From positions 17,112,001 through 17,176,000 of the forward strand of contig NC_047022.1 of the NCBI RefSeq assembly GCF_902652985.1: a stretch of 64,000 nucleotides of DNA, read 5' to 3'. Both the position numbers and the translations under genes were made by a program. Under the pieces are notes generated by a model. The model searched no databases. It was not told the origin of the DNA and saw only the letters and a program-made list of their open reading frames with translations. This DNA comes from Pecten maximus. Taxonomy: Eukaryota. Numbering within the stretch: the first letter of the stretch is position 1; each line of letters starts with the position of its first letter. Below, piece after piece: positions 1 to 12,636 of the stretch.

Positions 1-3000
1 TCTTCAAACGGAGGGAAATATGTATCCGCTGTGTGGAGCCCTTGTATATGAGTTAGATAAAGACGGTCACAGCTCTGATGGGAGACAGCATCCTGTGGGG
101 GGAAGGATTGTCAACGTTAACGTTCAATTCAGTTTCCTGTGTCATAATCCAAGTATGGACATTACTTTTTGCAAATGTTAAAAAAGAGAGAAACCAGCGT
201 CCATTCATTACAGTAGAAAAACAATGTTTGGAGTCACGATGGTCTAGTGGTAGAAAGCAGTGCTACGTGATCGAATGGTCGCTAGTTCAAGTCCGGGCAC
301 GTGTTGTATCTTTGAACAAATACTTCACTCTGTTGTGTTCCATTCGACTCATCTATAAATGACTAAACGGAAAGGGTGGGCAAAAAATGTCGTTTGTAAG
401 CTGTTGGCGCCGAAATGGCAACTCAGGCTGTAAGCCCCCAAGTAGTTGAAAAAGACAAAAGACCCCGTAACCACGGATAATAATTTGTGAATCACTTTGA
501 GACTGCTATGTTGCTGTATTACAGCGGTAAATATACTCAAAATTATCATTATTATTAGTTTAGTTTATTAATAGATATAAAAGCTTAAGCACATTTTGTT
601 CGGATGACAATTTTTTATAAAATTTTCACAACATGTGTTATCATGCTTTATTGGATTACTCATCTTTTTTAACGTACTTTACTTTATCTAAGTACTTAAC
701 TGTCTTTTAAACATTACAGGTGACTGTTCGAAGTAAACAATATGGTTTGTCGTAATCAACCACAAAATTATCAAATTAATTTCAACATTTTAATGAATAT
801 AGTTGACCGTGAGGTTATCTACTTTTATGCAACAGAACTACATGAATTGTTGCAAGATCGTCGTTTTTTTTTAATCTGGTAGCACGAAATTTCGTGACGT
901 CAAAGATACTCTTTGAAAAGTGACGTCAGACAAAACGACTTCATTTAGTGACGAATTCACGAACATTGTTCTTCATGTCGCGACATCAATAGGAGTTATA
1001 TAAGGATCTGATAATATTCTCAATAACAAAGAGAAATAGGGGCTTCCTCTTTCTATCTCTTGGTCATCATCTGCAGCTTACGAAATTGCAATTGTAACCT
1101 GGGGGTGGTGACCTATGACCTCCCCGTATTGTATGGTTTTCCTACGACACTTTTAAAAGACACTGACTTTTACCTGATAACAGCTGAACATTTAAAGGTA
1201 TATTAAATGATTTTTCTTTGACACAAATATCCATAAGTATGGTATGGATATCCTGCAACAATGGGAAATGTAACACAAATACTTTAATATCCTAACACAG
1301 TGAAAACAGTTCTAGAAAGAACTTGATATTCTGGCATAGAGGATAAACATTGATATACACAATTTAACTTCCCAGCTTTGTGGATAACAGCAAACGTTCG
1401 AACAAAGATGCAGGAGCAATCAAATGTGTGTATATTTTTGCGTCTTCAGGACCAACAACCCTGTATATGAGTGACGAAGCGGCTCATAATTTACATGATT
1501 TGTATAATCTACAAATCACAAATACAGTCTTTACCTGAATTTTCCTAATCAGAGATCACGTGACAACTTACGGTATAGACGTACTGGCCTCCTAATATCC
1601 ATATAGTTTCAACCTGGTCTTTTAATGATGTTTCAACATACTGAAGAGCTCCGTCAAGGGAGGAGACTATTTTGTGTATCAATTTGTCATTCTTAATGTC
1701 CTTGCTGAAATAATGAAATTGTGATATAATGATACATGTATGTTGCTAATTTGTTCTTTGATTTGAGAAGATGGTGGAAACAGGTACAAGGTTATTTCTT
1801 TGTTATGTTATTCTATTGGAAATTGTCTTTCATTAGATATGGATAAAAAAAAAAGTACAAATTAACTTAATAAAAGACCCAGGAAAGGCTTAAACAGTCG
1901 AATATGGCACTCTTGACACAATGCTAAGAGGCAGTTGCCACTATACACCTATAACACTAAATGGGTCATGTGACATTAAACAAGGCAGTATTTTTTATTT
2001 TATTTTTTTATTGGTTCAGTTTTCAAAATTGACGGATATCATATCATGGTGACCTAACAGACTAGACAATATGAGTCCTCAGATTTTTTTTTTTTTTTTC
2101 GGACTAATTGTCTTACTTTCTCATTCTTAACGATAAACAATACGACACACATTATTGCGATTTTATCCCTTAAAAGGTACAGAGCGTAAACATTTAGCTT
2201 GCATAATTAAAATAGTTGTTTAATATGGATACCTTGGATTTCGACTGATGACAATATTGAAGACGTCCCGTGTTTTCCCCTCATTACTGGCACACTGCCA
2301 CGTGACCCGCCCTCGTATGTTTACGCATTTTCTGTCTTTAAGATGTTATGATATATAAAACAATTTACAGCATGTTTTATTAAAAGTGTGAAACAGATGA
2401 CAACAGGGATCACTGGATATGTGAAACAAATAACAACAGCAGTCACTGGATATGTGTGAAACAGAAATCAACAAGAGTCACTGGATATGTGAAACAAAAA
2501 AACAACAGGGATCACTGGATATGTAAAACAGAAAACAACAGCAGTCACTGGATATGTGAAACAAAAAAACAACAGGGATCACTGGATATGTAAAACAGAA
2601 AACAACAGCAGTCACTGGATATGTAAAATAGAAAACAATATGAGTTACATGATAAGTGAAACTCAAAACAGCAGGTCTCTAAACACGTAACACAGATATT
2701 CAGTAGATTAAAAAAAATTTCCCTTAATAGTAACCGTAGTGTTGCAAAATTCAATAGAAGACAAATTCATTTTTTTAAGTTTAAAAAAAAAATGCTTTCC
2801 TTTGGACAAACATAAGTTAATCACAAGAGATTCGCTTTTGTTAGAAAACGATGATTAACTTTGGTCAGGTGTAAATGGATACTTTAAATGTTAACAATAA
2901 CAGATCCTAATTAAAACGTGTACTATCATGTTAACAGTGACACTCACCTGGGGACGATGTCTTGGATGTTAAATCCATGAAGTATCGATATTCGTTTCTA

Positions 3001-3984
3001 AAAAAATAAACGTCCGACATCAAACCCGTAGTTCAACTTATACTATGTATACAATAAATACAATAAAAAACTATTACAATCGTATCGTAGTTGCGGCAAT
3101 CTTATCTAATCATTGATTGTGTTTCTTTTCAGATGAGGAAATGAGATAAGAACTTCAAAAAGATTTTCTGATGGTGAATACATTACAGGGATCAAAATAA
3201 AACTCTTTAGTAGTTCCTGGTGTTAGTGTTAGTGTACGCATGATCACGTTTATTTCAGCGACTTTATGTTTACATACAGGTACAATACAACGCTGATATA
3301 TGAACACCGGGGATGTCATTTTTATGAGTTTGAGAAAGTCTGAGTTGGTAAAGAGAATGAAGAACGAGCAATATATTAATTTAAGGATGTACAAATATGG
3401 ATGAGTCAGAGATTGGTAAATGCTCAGCTGTATTTATTTTTCTTACATATTGAATAAATAAATTCATATTACTATGATTAAAATAGTTTATCATTATTTC
3501 TGAAAACAATTTCTAAGGGGATATAACTACTGTACAATAAATCATCTCCCTAAAAATGAAAAGGGACATAACTCATGTAAACAAATTATCTCCCTATAAT
3601 TAATTAATATTGGTCTTGCGGCGCGCTGAGGAAATGTCCCGCAGGTTCCTCCATAGTAAAATCTGAAGCCATGGTGATCCCTGCACTAGGGCATGTACAA
3701 ATACATGTAGACTGTAACTAATTCTCAAGTCCCTGTGTTCAGAGTCACCGTTTACCTTGACGACCGGGGTTCGATTCCCTGATCGGACGTTAAAACATAT
3801 GGGGCAGCAAGCCCCACCACGTGGATTTTACCGCGGGTCCACTAGTCTCCTCTCACTATCATACAAATGGCTGACTTGAATATATAATGATATTTACTTA
3901 CGGGAGTTTCGGCCATGGCAAACTATTATTAAAACCTATTCCTCTGTTTGTCACGCACATAGCAGCCATGATCTTAAACTTCAT
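1..3984 (-). CDS. Dihydrofolate reductase-like protein (divergent); 5 exons in window, 3' end runs off the window
   Basis: Exons 3984-3902, 2997-2948, 2335-2233, 1704-1572 and 92-<1, all GT-AG with consistent phases (2,1,2,0) and sizes (83, 50, 103, 133 nt) close to vertebrate DHFR. Translation: MKFKIMAAMCVTNRGIGFNNSLPWPKLPNEYRYFMDLTSKTSSPDRKCVNIRGRVTWQCASNEGKTRDVFNIVISRNPS...ETIWILGGQYVYTDAVSHQSCDRLYLTHIQGLHTADTYFPPFE. Retains GIG..LPW, the catalytic Glu (NEY), GRxTW, ISR, ILGG, YLT and DTYFP motifs. Confidence 0.93.
229..482 (+). mobile_element. tRNA-derived SINE (CORE-like), decayed, in DHFR-like intron 4
   Basis: A box TGGTCTAGTGG (240-250) and B box AGTTCAAGTCC (about 284-294), followed by CORE-like GTGTTGTATCTTTGAACAAATACTTCACTC. 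Confidence 0.55.
2390..2645. repeat. Minisatellite, about 32-35 bp unit (TCACTGGATATGTGAAACA...CAACAG), about 7 copies
   Basis: Direct tandem repeats in DHFR-like intron 2; source of the spurious ORFs in 2478-2754. Confidence 0.9.
3730..3870 (+). mobile_element. Decayed tRNA-derived SINE fragment in DHFR-like intron 1
   Basis: B box GGTTCGATTCC near 3768, then a degenerate GTGGATTTTACCGCGGGTCCACTAGTCTCCTCTCAC core resembling the SINE at 5809-6027. Confidence 0.5.
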
Positions 3985-4878
3985 GTCGCCTTTGTCCTTA
4001 CAACTTCTGATACCGAGACCACGTACTGTGTTGGTAGGTGTATAATTATAGCCGATTATACACGAGTTATATACTGATGATCCACGTGTCTCGTTCAGCC
4101 ATCTGTTGTTCAAAGATAAAATCAGCCATATGCGTAAAACAGCATGTGAAAATGGGCTAACCACTCTCATTAATGCATAAATTATATATACTGTACATGT
4201 TATCGGCTCGTAGATATTACTGTATCACTTATAAAAGGCCGCCAGAACACTGACTGTAGGTAGTCGGTAAGACAAAACCAGGTAATAGCCGAGTGATGTG
4301 GGCGGTAAACTAAAAACTAGCTTCTATTACTGACTGATACTAACGACTACCAGAGAATGTGTTCTATTTCCACAGGGTATCCACTTGTCCCCACGCTATA
4401 TAGACATGTATGGTATTTGAATGATCAATTTCTTCGCCCAACCTTGACACAACGAATATTGTTTTCTATGTTTGAACTTTAAACTGACTGTATCATTTAT
4501 TTCATGTATCATTGTCTAAAATTATTAATATGCTATAAATTACTGCATAACCATGATATCATTATTATCATAATACCATTATTTTTCTTATTCTGATAAC
4601 TTTTAACATACATGTATCATTAATCATTTTTAAACAATTAAATAAACACCATAAATATGTGTTTACTTCTAATTACTTTATATCATTAATTATCACAATG
4701 TTATTAGATAATAATTTAATTTTGTATGAAACACGCATTTTCATTGGCTGAAATAATTTTATTGCGAAATGTAACGTCATTTTTGATTGGCTGATGACGT
4801 TGCGTAATAATTTATCACAGAAAAGAGTTCGCCAAAGAAAGTGAAATATCTTGGTGTGTATAAGACGAAATTAAATTA

Positions 4879-4998
4879 TAAGAATTAACATTAATTATTT
4901 TTTCTGTTATACAGTCATAACAGAAAAAACTAGAGTGTACTCTAAATAAACCGCGAATATGACTGTATAACAGAAAAAATAATTGATGTTAATCCTTA
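4879..4998. repeat. 41-bp inverted repeat hairpin, probably the end of a non-autonomous DNA element
   Basis: Arms 4879-4919 and 4958-4998 are reverse complements with 2 mismatches; the loop contains the palindrome GAGTGTACTC. Confidence 0.75.
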
Positions 4999-5269
4999 AT
5001 TAATTTTCCATTTAATGATTATCAAATCAATAATAGTTATTATTTCATGAGTTAAATAGTACGGTGCTATCATGATTAATGGTTTCAGATTCAGATTCTT
5101 TTATTTCTTTGTGTTTTTTCAACACATCAGAGAGAAGACATTAAAAAACAATACAATGTAATATAGTATGACACAAACACAATTACAAAAGTACAATGTA
5201 CATACATATTCAGAACAACACGTCGAGGTCATGTTCTTTTACGAGTTGTCTACCTTCCAACGCAAATGT

Positions 5270-6110
5270 ACAAAGGTGATGGGCCACACAAATGATGTCA
5301 TATGACGAGGTGTCTACAGATTGTGGGGCCACACAAATAATGTCATATGACGACGGTGACTACTGTCTACAGATTGTGGGGCCACACAAATAATGTCATA
5401 TGACGACGGTGACTACTGTCTACAGATTGTGGGGCCACACAACTAACGTCTAATAACGGCGATGTCTACAGACATGAGAACACAACTAACGTCATATAAC
5501 GATTGTGTTAACACAACTGACGTCATTTGTCGACAGTTTCTACAAGTGATTTGGCAACACGACTAATATCATATGACGGCGATGTCTAAAGATGATGGGG
5601 CCACATAACTGACGTTATATGACGACGGTGTCTACAGATGATGAGGCCACATAACTAACGTCATATGACGACGGTGTCCAAAGATGATGTGGCCACATAA
5701 CTGACGTCATTTAACGACGGTTTCTACAGATGATGAGACAACACAACTAAGGTCATATAACGATTGTGTTTACACAACTAACGTCATTTGACGAAAGTTT
5801 CTAAAATTGGTTTAGTTTATTTTGTTTAACGTCCTATTAACAGCCAGGGCCGTTTAAAAACTACCAGGTGTTGGAGGTGGAGGAAAGCCGGAATACCCGG
5901 GGGGAAACCAACGGCCTACGGTCAGTACCTGGCAACTGCCTCATGTAGGTTTCGAACTCGCAAATCAGAGGTAGAGGGGTAGTGATAAAGTGTCGGGACA
6001 CCTTAACCACTCGGCCACCGCGGCCCCTACAGGTGATAGTTCAACACATCTAATATCATATTATGACTGTGTCTACAGATGAAAGAACCACACCCTACTA
6101 ACGTCATATG
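5270..6110. repeat. Degenerate about 46-bp minisatellite (GTCTACAGATGATGGGGCCACATAACTGACGTTATATGACGACGGT), interrupted by a SINE
   Basis: Tandem units visible from about 5270 to 5805 and again from about 6028 to 6110. Confidence 0.85.
5809..6027 (-). mobile_element. Full-length tRNA-derived SINE (V/Meta-type conserved core, I-group LINE-like tail)
   Basis: Minus strand reads GGGGCCGCGG, A box TGGCCGAGTGG, B box GAGTTCGAAACC, core GGTTTCCCCCCGGGTATTCCGGCTTTCCTCCACC and tail GCTGTTAATAGGACGTTAAACAAAATAAAC. Confidence 0.85.
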
Positions 6111-9100
6111 AGTATTTACCTTTTTCAATTGAGTTTCTGTTCTATTGATAGGGTTTTCTGTACACATAAATATTCTACTTTTTCGTCTCTTTTCTTCTTA
6201 AAATAATTTGCTTCTTATGTATAAATACATATTTTTTCAGTCAAATCTGTTATGCTGCCCATATGAATTTAAGACTATCTTAGACCAAATCTTTTATTTT
6301 GAAATATAATAGTCCATTTGTAAAATGCTGCCAAACTCCATTCTCATGTGTTAAGTTAACCAGTCCTGAAAACTTGACCAGTTAATCAGATACAGTCAGT
6401 GGATATATTGGTCAGTTCGTCTAGCCCTGGTCATTGAGAATACAGGCTGGACAATATATCAGCCTATACATAAACGCAGTAAATAGCACTGTTGGAGAGC
6501 GAGGTCGTCCATTATATGAAAAAATGAAACGTGTACGTTTAACTAGTAATATATTTTAGCCTAGACATATACGCCCCAGGTTTAACATTGGGTTCTTGTT
6601 GCCCTAATTGGTTCTTTTGTATACTTCTTGACTTAATAAGATCACATTTTAAAAGTCGTCTCTATTTCAATTCAGCTCTAAGTTTTTAAACCGGGGGTGT
6701 GTTTTTCACATATGTGAACCGTTGCTGATCAGATACTCGGAACGTGGCTTGTTAAAGATAGCCCCTAATTCAATTGTCATTTTCATAGACCATGATAGAG
6801 TATGCTTGTTAACCAGAATGTTTTCATCAGATTCTGTGATGCTCGTAATTTTAATTTAGAAAAGCACGACAAAGCATGTCATCTTCTTATTGCGTATCTA
6901 GGTAGTATTTGGATGAAATATCTGTGTATGGTGTTCCAGAGATAACTAAAGTAATGCTCTTATTTGTATGCATATGTATATATTTTGAGCCTGTGATAGC
7001 TATTGTTGAAATCCAATAGAACATTTTGTGATCACGTGCAGAGTCTTGACAGAGCTTGGTAGATATTTCAGTGTATCTTTACTTCCAAATTCTCGTTCGA
7101 GAGTCAAGGTATGACGTCAATACATTCTTCGAAGTTTAAGCTGGATGCCTTGTTAGTTTTTAAAAGATCAGTGTCTTTCCAAAATTGCTATTTTGTCAAA
7201 AAACGTTGAAAAACTCAGCGGGTCAAAAATAGAGCCTGTTCTATAGTCTTCGATTCTATAAACAAATGTCATAAAACTAACATTGAAAAGGAAAGTTGGT
7301 AGTTAAGAATTATTTTGAGAACAAGATAAACTTCTGGATGTGCAAATTACGAAACCAGCATGTTGGCACGTGCGCCATGTGTTCTCCTGACTCTGGCACG
7401 TGCTTTTGCCGTGTAAACTCAGAATATATATATACATTGTTTATACTGGTCAAGGTGTTAGACGGACACCACTGGACACTGTCGGTGTCCAGCATGGTCA
7501 ACTTCAACCAGGAAAACCGTATCTATTAAATTCCGTTGTACATTAAGTTTCTTTAACTCACTAAAATGTTAAAACGAATGTTAAAACGATATTATTTGGC
7601 TTAAATTCTAAAAAGAAAAAGTTCGTCCAAATTACTTGATGATGTTAAATAGTAATTTTTGTCATTTCCTCTGAACATTAAACTTATTTTGAACACATGG
7701 ATATACCACTAAATAAATCATGGGTTGGGAATTGTGTCAAGTCCCTGTGATTTTAAACGACTAGTAAATCTGATTGTAGTCAATTTTGTATGCGTACATA
7801 TTTGAAATTGAAGCCTTTTTATTTGTGTTTCGAAATATACATGTACCTTTCGTAGAGTATAGAAGAGTGATTTGAATCCCACGATGGGCAAGTATAAGGA
7901 AACATGATATGGATCAGCTATTTCGCTAATTATCGAAATTTGACCGTTTTATGTTAAATACTTGATAAAATGACCCTCTGTCTTTGAGCTAGATATCCCT
8001 CCGTCTATAAATTTATTATACCATTAACTTCTAGAAAAGCAGACCAAACATATTTACTGCAATCTACATTGATGGCAAATCAATTGACATAAGCAATGTA
8101 TGTAAAATTGTATTATCTTTTTGTATAATATTTGGTCATGAATTATTACAAATTTTGCGTGCTATTTTAATTTCATAATACATTCGCTACTATGCATGTA
8201 TAATACTCGTGTTAAGTACATGTGTACGCATAAATCTGACCTTGAGTGTCAATTGCGTTGTAATAGAATATCGATGAGATATGAATAATGCTAAAAATAA
8301 ATAAATGAATTGGATTTGAGATTTAAATGGGATCACGGGGGTACCAGTAATTAGCGAGACTTGATCCACGAATGTTCCTATGGTGGTTTATATTAATCTC
8401 ATCTGGAGCTGACCATGCCTCAGCCAAACGAGCCCAGACAGTGTGATATACAGACCACTGGTCAGCTAAGTGTCCGAAATGAGATACCAGACGTTCATAA
8501 ATCCAGGTCGATGACCGGAAGTATATGCCAGACAAATAGCTACCGGTCATTCATTCATGAGCCGGGGCCGAAGAAGAATGTGTTTATCGGTAAAGTATTT
8601 TCATTGTAAATGCTGATTTTGTAATCAAATGTAGCGTCCAATCGTAACGTATAAACCTGTATTTGTAATAGGCAACTTAAAAAATCAGTGCGTGTCTGTT
8701 TGGATAGAAGCCAACGGAAGCAGGTTGTAGTGTCCAGACTGCTTCTCAACGGCCTTAAATTGTCTTGTTCGGATTTAAAATCTGGACCAACTCTGATTTT
8801 CTTCAGTCACGTAATGATTAGCAAAAATGCTCAAAGCATGGCTAATCTAAGGCTTGAATAAAATGGTTTAATATCGAAATCTTATTTATTTTCTATATAT
8901 TTAACCAGATAATATAAATTGGTCTATTGATGCATGGACGGAAAACTGAACGAGTGCACCCTGAATAGACAAAATGTTTTGTATAAAACAATGCAAACAC
9001 GATTTGATTATCAATTGATATAATGAATTGCATAATGGCGTTGCAATCCGTTGACACCAATCGGGAACCGTCGGCACTTTCCGTAAACGGGAAAATATTA

Positions 9101-9839
9101 CGAAAAGTGCCGACGATTCCCGATTGCCGTTGACACATTTAAAAAATAATTTGACCGGTCACTTGCCGACTTGTCTCTATAAATGTTTCGGCACTGTGAT
9201 TTTGTCTTAGGTAAGATCTATCAAATCCAGAACATTTCATCCCAAAACGTAATTTATAGGGTCATGCGGTGCAAAGGTGATGTTTGTTTTCATATTAATG
9301 GTCGCGTGGCGATAAAAAAGTACTACGATTTGCGTCTCGATTAAAAAACAAACACATGGGAAATTCCTTCTCTAATTTTCTCTTTTCAAAATATAACAAA
9401 ACTTTGTACAAATGGATTTTGTATGATAACAACAAAGCAGTTCTATTATGTTATATAAATTCTAAAATGGCCGTTCTGACCAAATAAAAATCCAAGATTT
9501 GGCTAATGCCCATCTGAAATTGTCTCTTAATGACCAGATCGATTGAAACCAAAGCATTGTTATGCACGTCTCTTATTGGTCCAAACCTGGCGTTGCGAAG
9601 CCAGGAATCTGAGAAACGGACCGGTCAGTACTGTCGCGGTTGTGCTCTTGGACAAGGCTCTTTGTCTTACTTGCTGGCTCGCATGCGACAAGCTTCTCGT
9701 ATGTTGTTCAGTGAAGTAGCAACCAACTACTACAATGAGGCATCTAAATGTCCTCTCACGTATGGATTGCTAAGTGGTGTACTATATATATCTTGTTTTA
9801 TACAGCTGTCAATAATGCGGAAAACTGCGATGGTTTACA

Positions 9840-10556
9840 TACAATATCAATATTTACATACAATAGAATTATTTCAACAATGGAAATATTTCCACAAAAG
9901 AAATATTTACATACAAGAGAAATATTTCAACAATAGAAATATTCACATACAATAGAAATATTTCAACAATGAAAATATTTACATCCAATATAAATATTTA
10001 CATACAAGAGAAATATTTCAACAATAGAAATATTCACATACAATAGAAATATTTCAACAATGAAAATATTTACATCCAATATAAATATTTACATACAAGA
10101 GAAATATTTCAACAATAGAAATATTCACATACAATAGAAATATTTCAACAATGAAAATATTTACATCCAATATAAATATTTACATACAAGAGAAATATTT
10201 ACATCCAATATAAATATTTACATCCAATATAAATATTTACATACAAGAGAAATATTTCAACAATAGAAATATTCACATACAAAAGAAATATTTCAACAAT
10301 GAAAATATTTACATCCAATATAAATATTTACATCCAATATAAATATTTGCATACAATAGAATTATTTCAACAATGGAAATATTTCAACAATAGAAATATT
10401 TACATACAAGAGACATATTTCAACAATGAAAATATTTACATGCAACAGAACTATTTACATACCATAGGAATATTTACAAACAATAGAACTATTTACATAC
10501 AATAGAAATATTTACATACAATAGAAATATTTACATACAATAGAAATATTTACATG
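9840..10556. repeat. AT-rich minisatellite of 17/19-bp monomers (ACAATAGAAATATTTACAT) with a 91-bp higher-order unit
   Basis: The marker ACAAGAGAAA recurs at 9913, 10004, 10095 and 10186, an exact 91-bp period. Confidence 0.92.
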
Positions 10557-12636
10557 CTTAGATGATTTAGTTTTGTAGAGATAAATGACGATTAAAATAT
10601 ACTAATGTCATATCCTGGGAGGATCAACTAAAATCATTGAAGGTTTATTTCCAATAGGTCCCAGTTTTGTTACAGGAAGTTGTCAATTTAACAAGAAATA
10701 TGATTTCACGCAAAAATTACCCTCATTCCATAAATCCTTGACCATATATTTCATTGCTGTGTTGAGTAGCGTCCTGACCTTCAAAATGCGATAAGTCCAG
10801 CAATTGGTCATTTGTTACAGGAAAGAATGTCCGAATGTAGACATTAGGGACAAATTGTTTATCATGAGGGGTCACACTGACCGTTGGGCGGAATTCTAAA
10901 TATAGAAGTGGCAAGTGGTCATCTCTGTACTAAAAGTACTGTGTATATACCTGAGGTATATACTAGACGTGGAAAAGTACAAATCGACAGGGAACATGAT
11001 AACTTGTTATAGTCTACATGTATTTGGACCTATCTTAAAGCTTATAGGCAATTTTTAGCGTCTATACGTTTTAAGAAGATTTTCTTTTGTCTTATTTTGG
11101 GGGGAGGGGGAGGGGGAGGGGAGGGGGGGGGGGGGAGTTACGCTCCCGTGTTGAAAATGCTAAAGTGTTCTCGAGTACTTGATAAAAGAATTGGTTTGCA
11201 TAAAAAAAATATGTTTCCTATCGTTGATATTATTGTTTCTTTCATTAACCTACAAAATCAATGTTTATATATTTTTAGAATGTATTCCCATTTAGCCGTT
11301 TTATAAAAGGTGTGTGTGTATGGGGGGGGGGGGGGGGGGGGGGGCATTTCTGAGAGTTTCCAGCTCGCAAGGCAAGTGACACTTTTCCAATATTTATATA
11401 TATATAATGTTAGTGTTAATCAGCTTGTTTATTATCGATTGGCATGCATTGTTTATTATCGATTATCGAACGACATGCACCCACCAGGATTTTGATTTTA
11501 ATAAAGAAAGTCTAAGGGGACATGCATGTACATTTTATGATTGTGTGGTGTGGAAAATTGAGTCAAGTTCCTAATTATCTTAACTTTATAACGCCTCTTT
11601 GTCCATTCTTATTAACTAAACATTTATTCGGTATTTATTGTTTCGTCAATTCAACAATCCGAGGGTCCAAATACAGAATTGATAACGATACAAAAGAGGT
11701 ATATTAAGATATCAGATACATACATATATTTTTGTTTTATAGCATTATTAAATACAATTCTTGGTTAAAATACATTTATTTGAATTGATGGGATATTTCA
11801 GACTAAAAACATAAAAAAAATGTATACCAGCATTCGACCTTGACCTTCATCCTCGAAGGCCAAAAAACTGCGTTGTACATAATAACGTATTTGTAGAAAA
11901 GCTGCCCGAAGGCCATGTTTTCTCTGGGAAGTCGTCAACAGTGTTCATCTTTTTGTTTGGTTTGGATTTTATTTCAAAATACCAGTCTGAGTAATATAAG
12001 CATTCATCGTATTACAAGTATCTGTCCAGAGTAAACAACAGCATGGCCACTGCCTTCCGTAATATTACAATGTCACATTCCACTCCGGAACTCTTTTTTT
12101 TCATGTTGACACGGTCGTGTTAAATCTTCGTCCTCCTTATATATTTTTACATATTTCATTTCCCTGGATAAACATGTCAGGTTGTTTACTTGGCAGACTG
12201 GTCCTACATGCCAAGTTTGCTGGAAAACAGATATATTTCGAAATCTTGCCCTCGATAACTTTTATTTTATTTATCCTCGTAATAATAACAAACCAAAAGG
12301 GCCCTCTCTACCTTGGACGTTATTTTATTCGATATCTGAAATAAACAAAACGAAATCGAAGAGTTGGTGGGTTGTGATAAAAGTACCGAGAACGGAACCA
12401 TTGGCACTAGTCAAGTAGCTCTGCGTATGGATCGTGGTATGTCACCAGTGGCTAGAGCTGCTAGTTATGGAGTTCCGTTGTTTACCAACTCACACATTTT
12501 AGGCAAAACGTTTTCGATGGTATGGTTAACGAAGGCCATATAAATAAATCCGAGATGTATTCACCTTTGCTATTTAAGATTGATTTAGAAACATTCCGAC
12601 GTTTTCATGGTGACGTCGAACACGCATACATGTATA

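Noticed and set aside
5950-6027. tRNA gene
   Set aside because: A and B boxes are present, but the sequence continues into a SINE core and LINE-like tail with no closed acceptor stem.
11099-11344. Poly-Gly ORFs / G-tracts
   Set aside because: Simple poly-G runs; G-quadruplex potential but no coding support.
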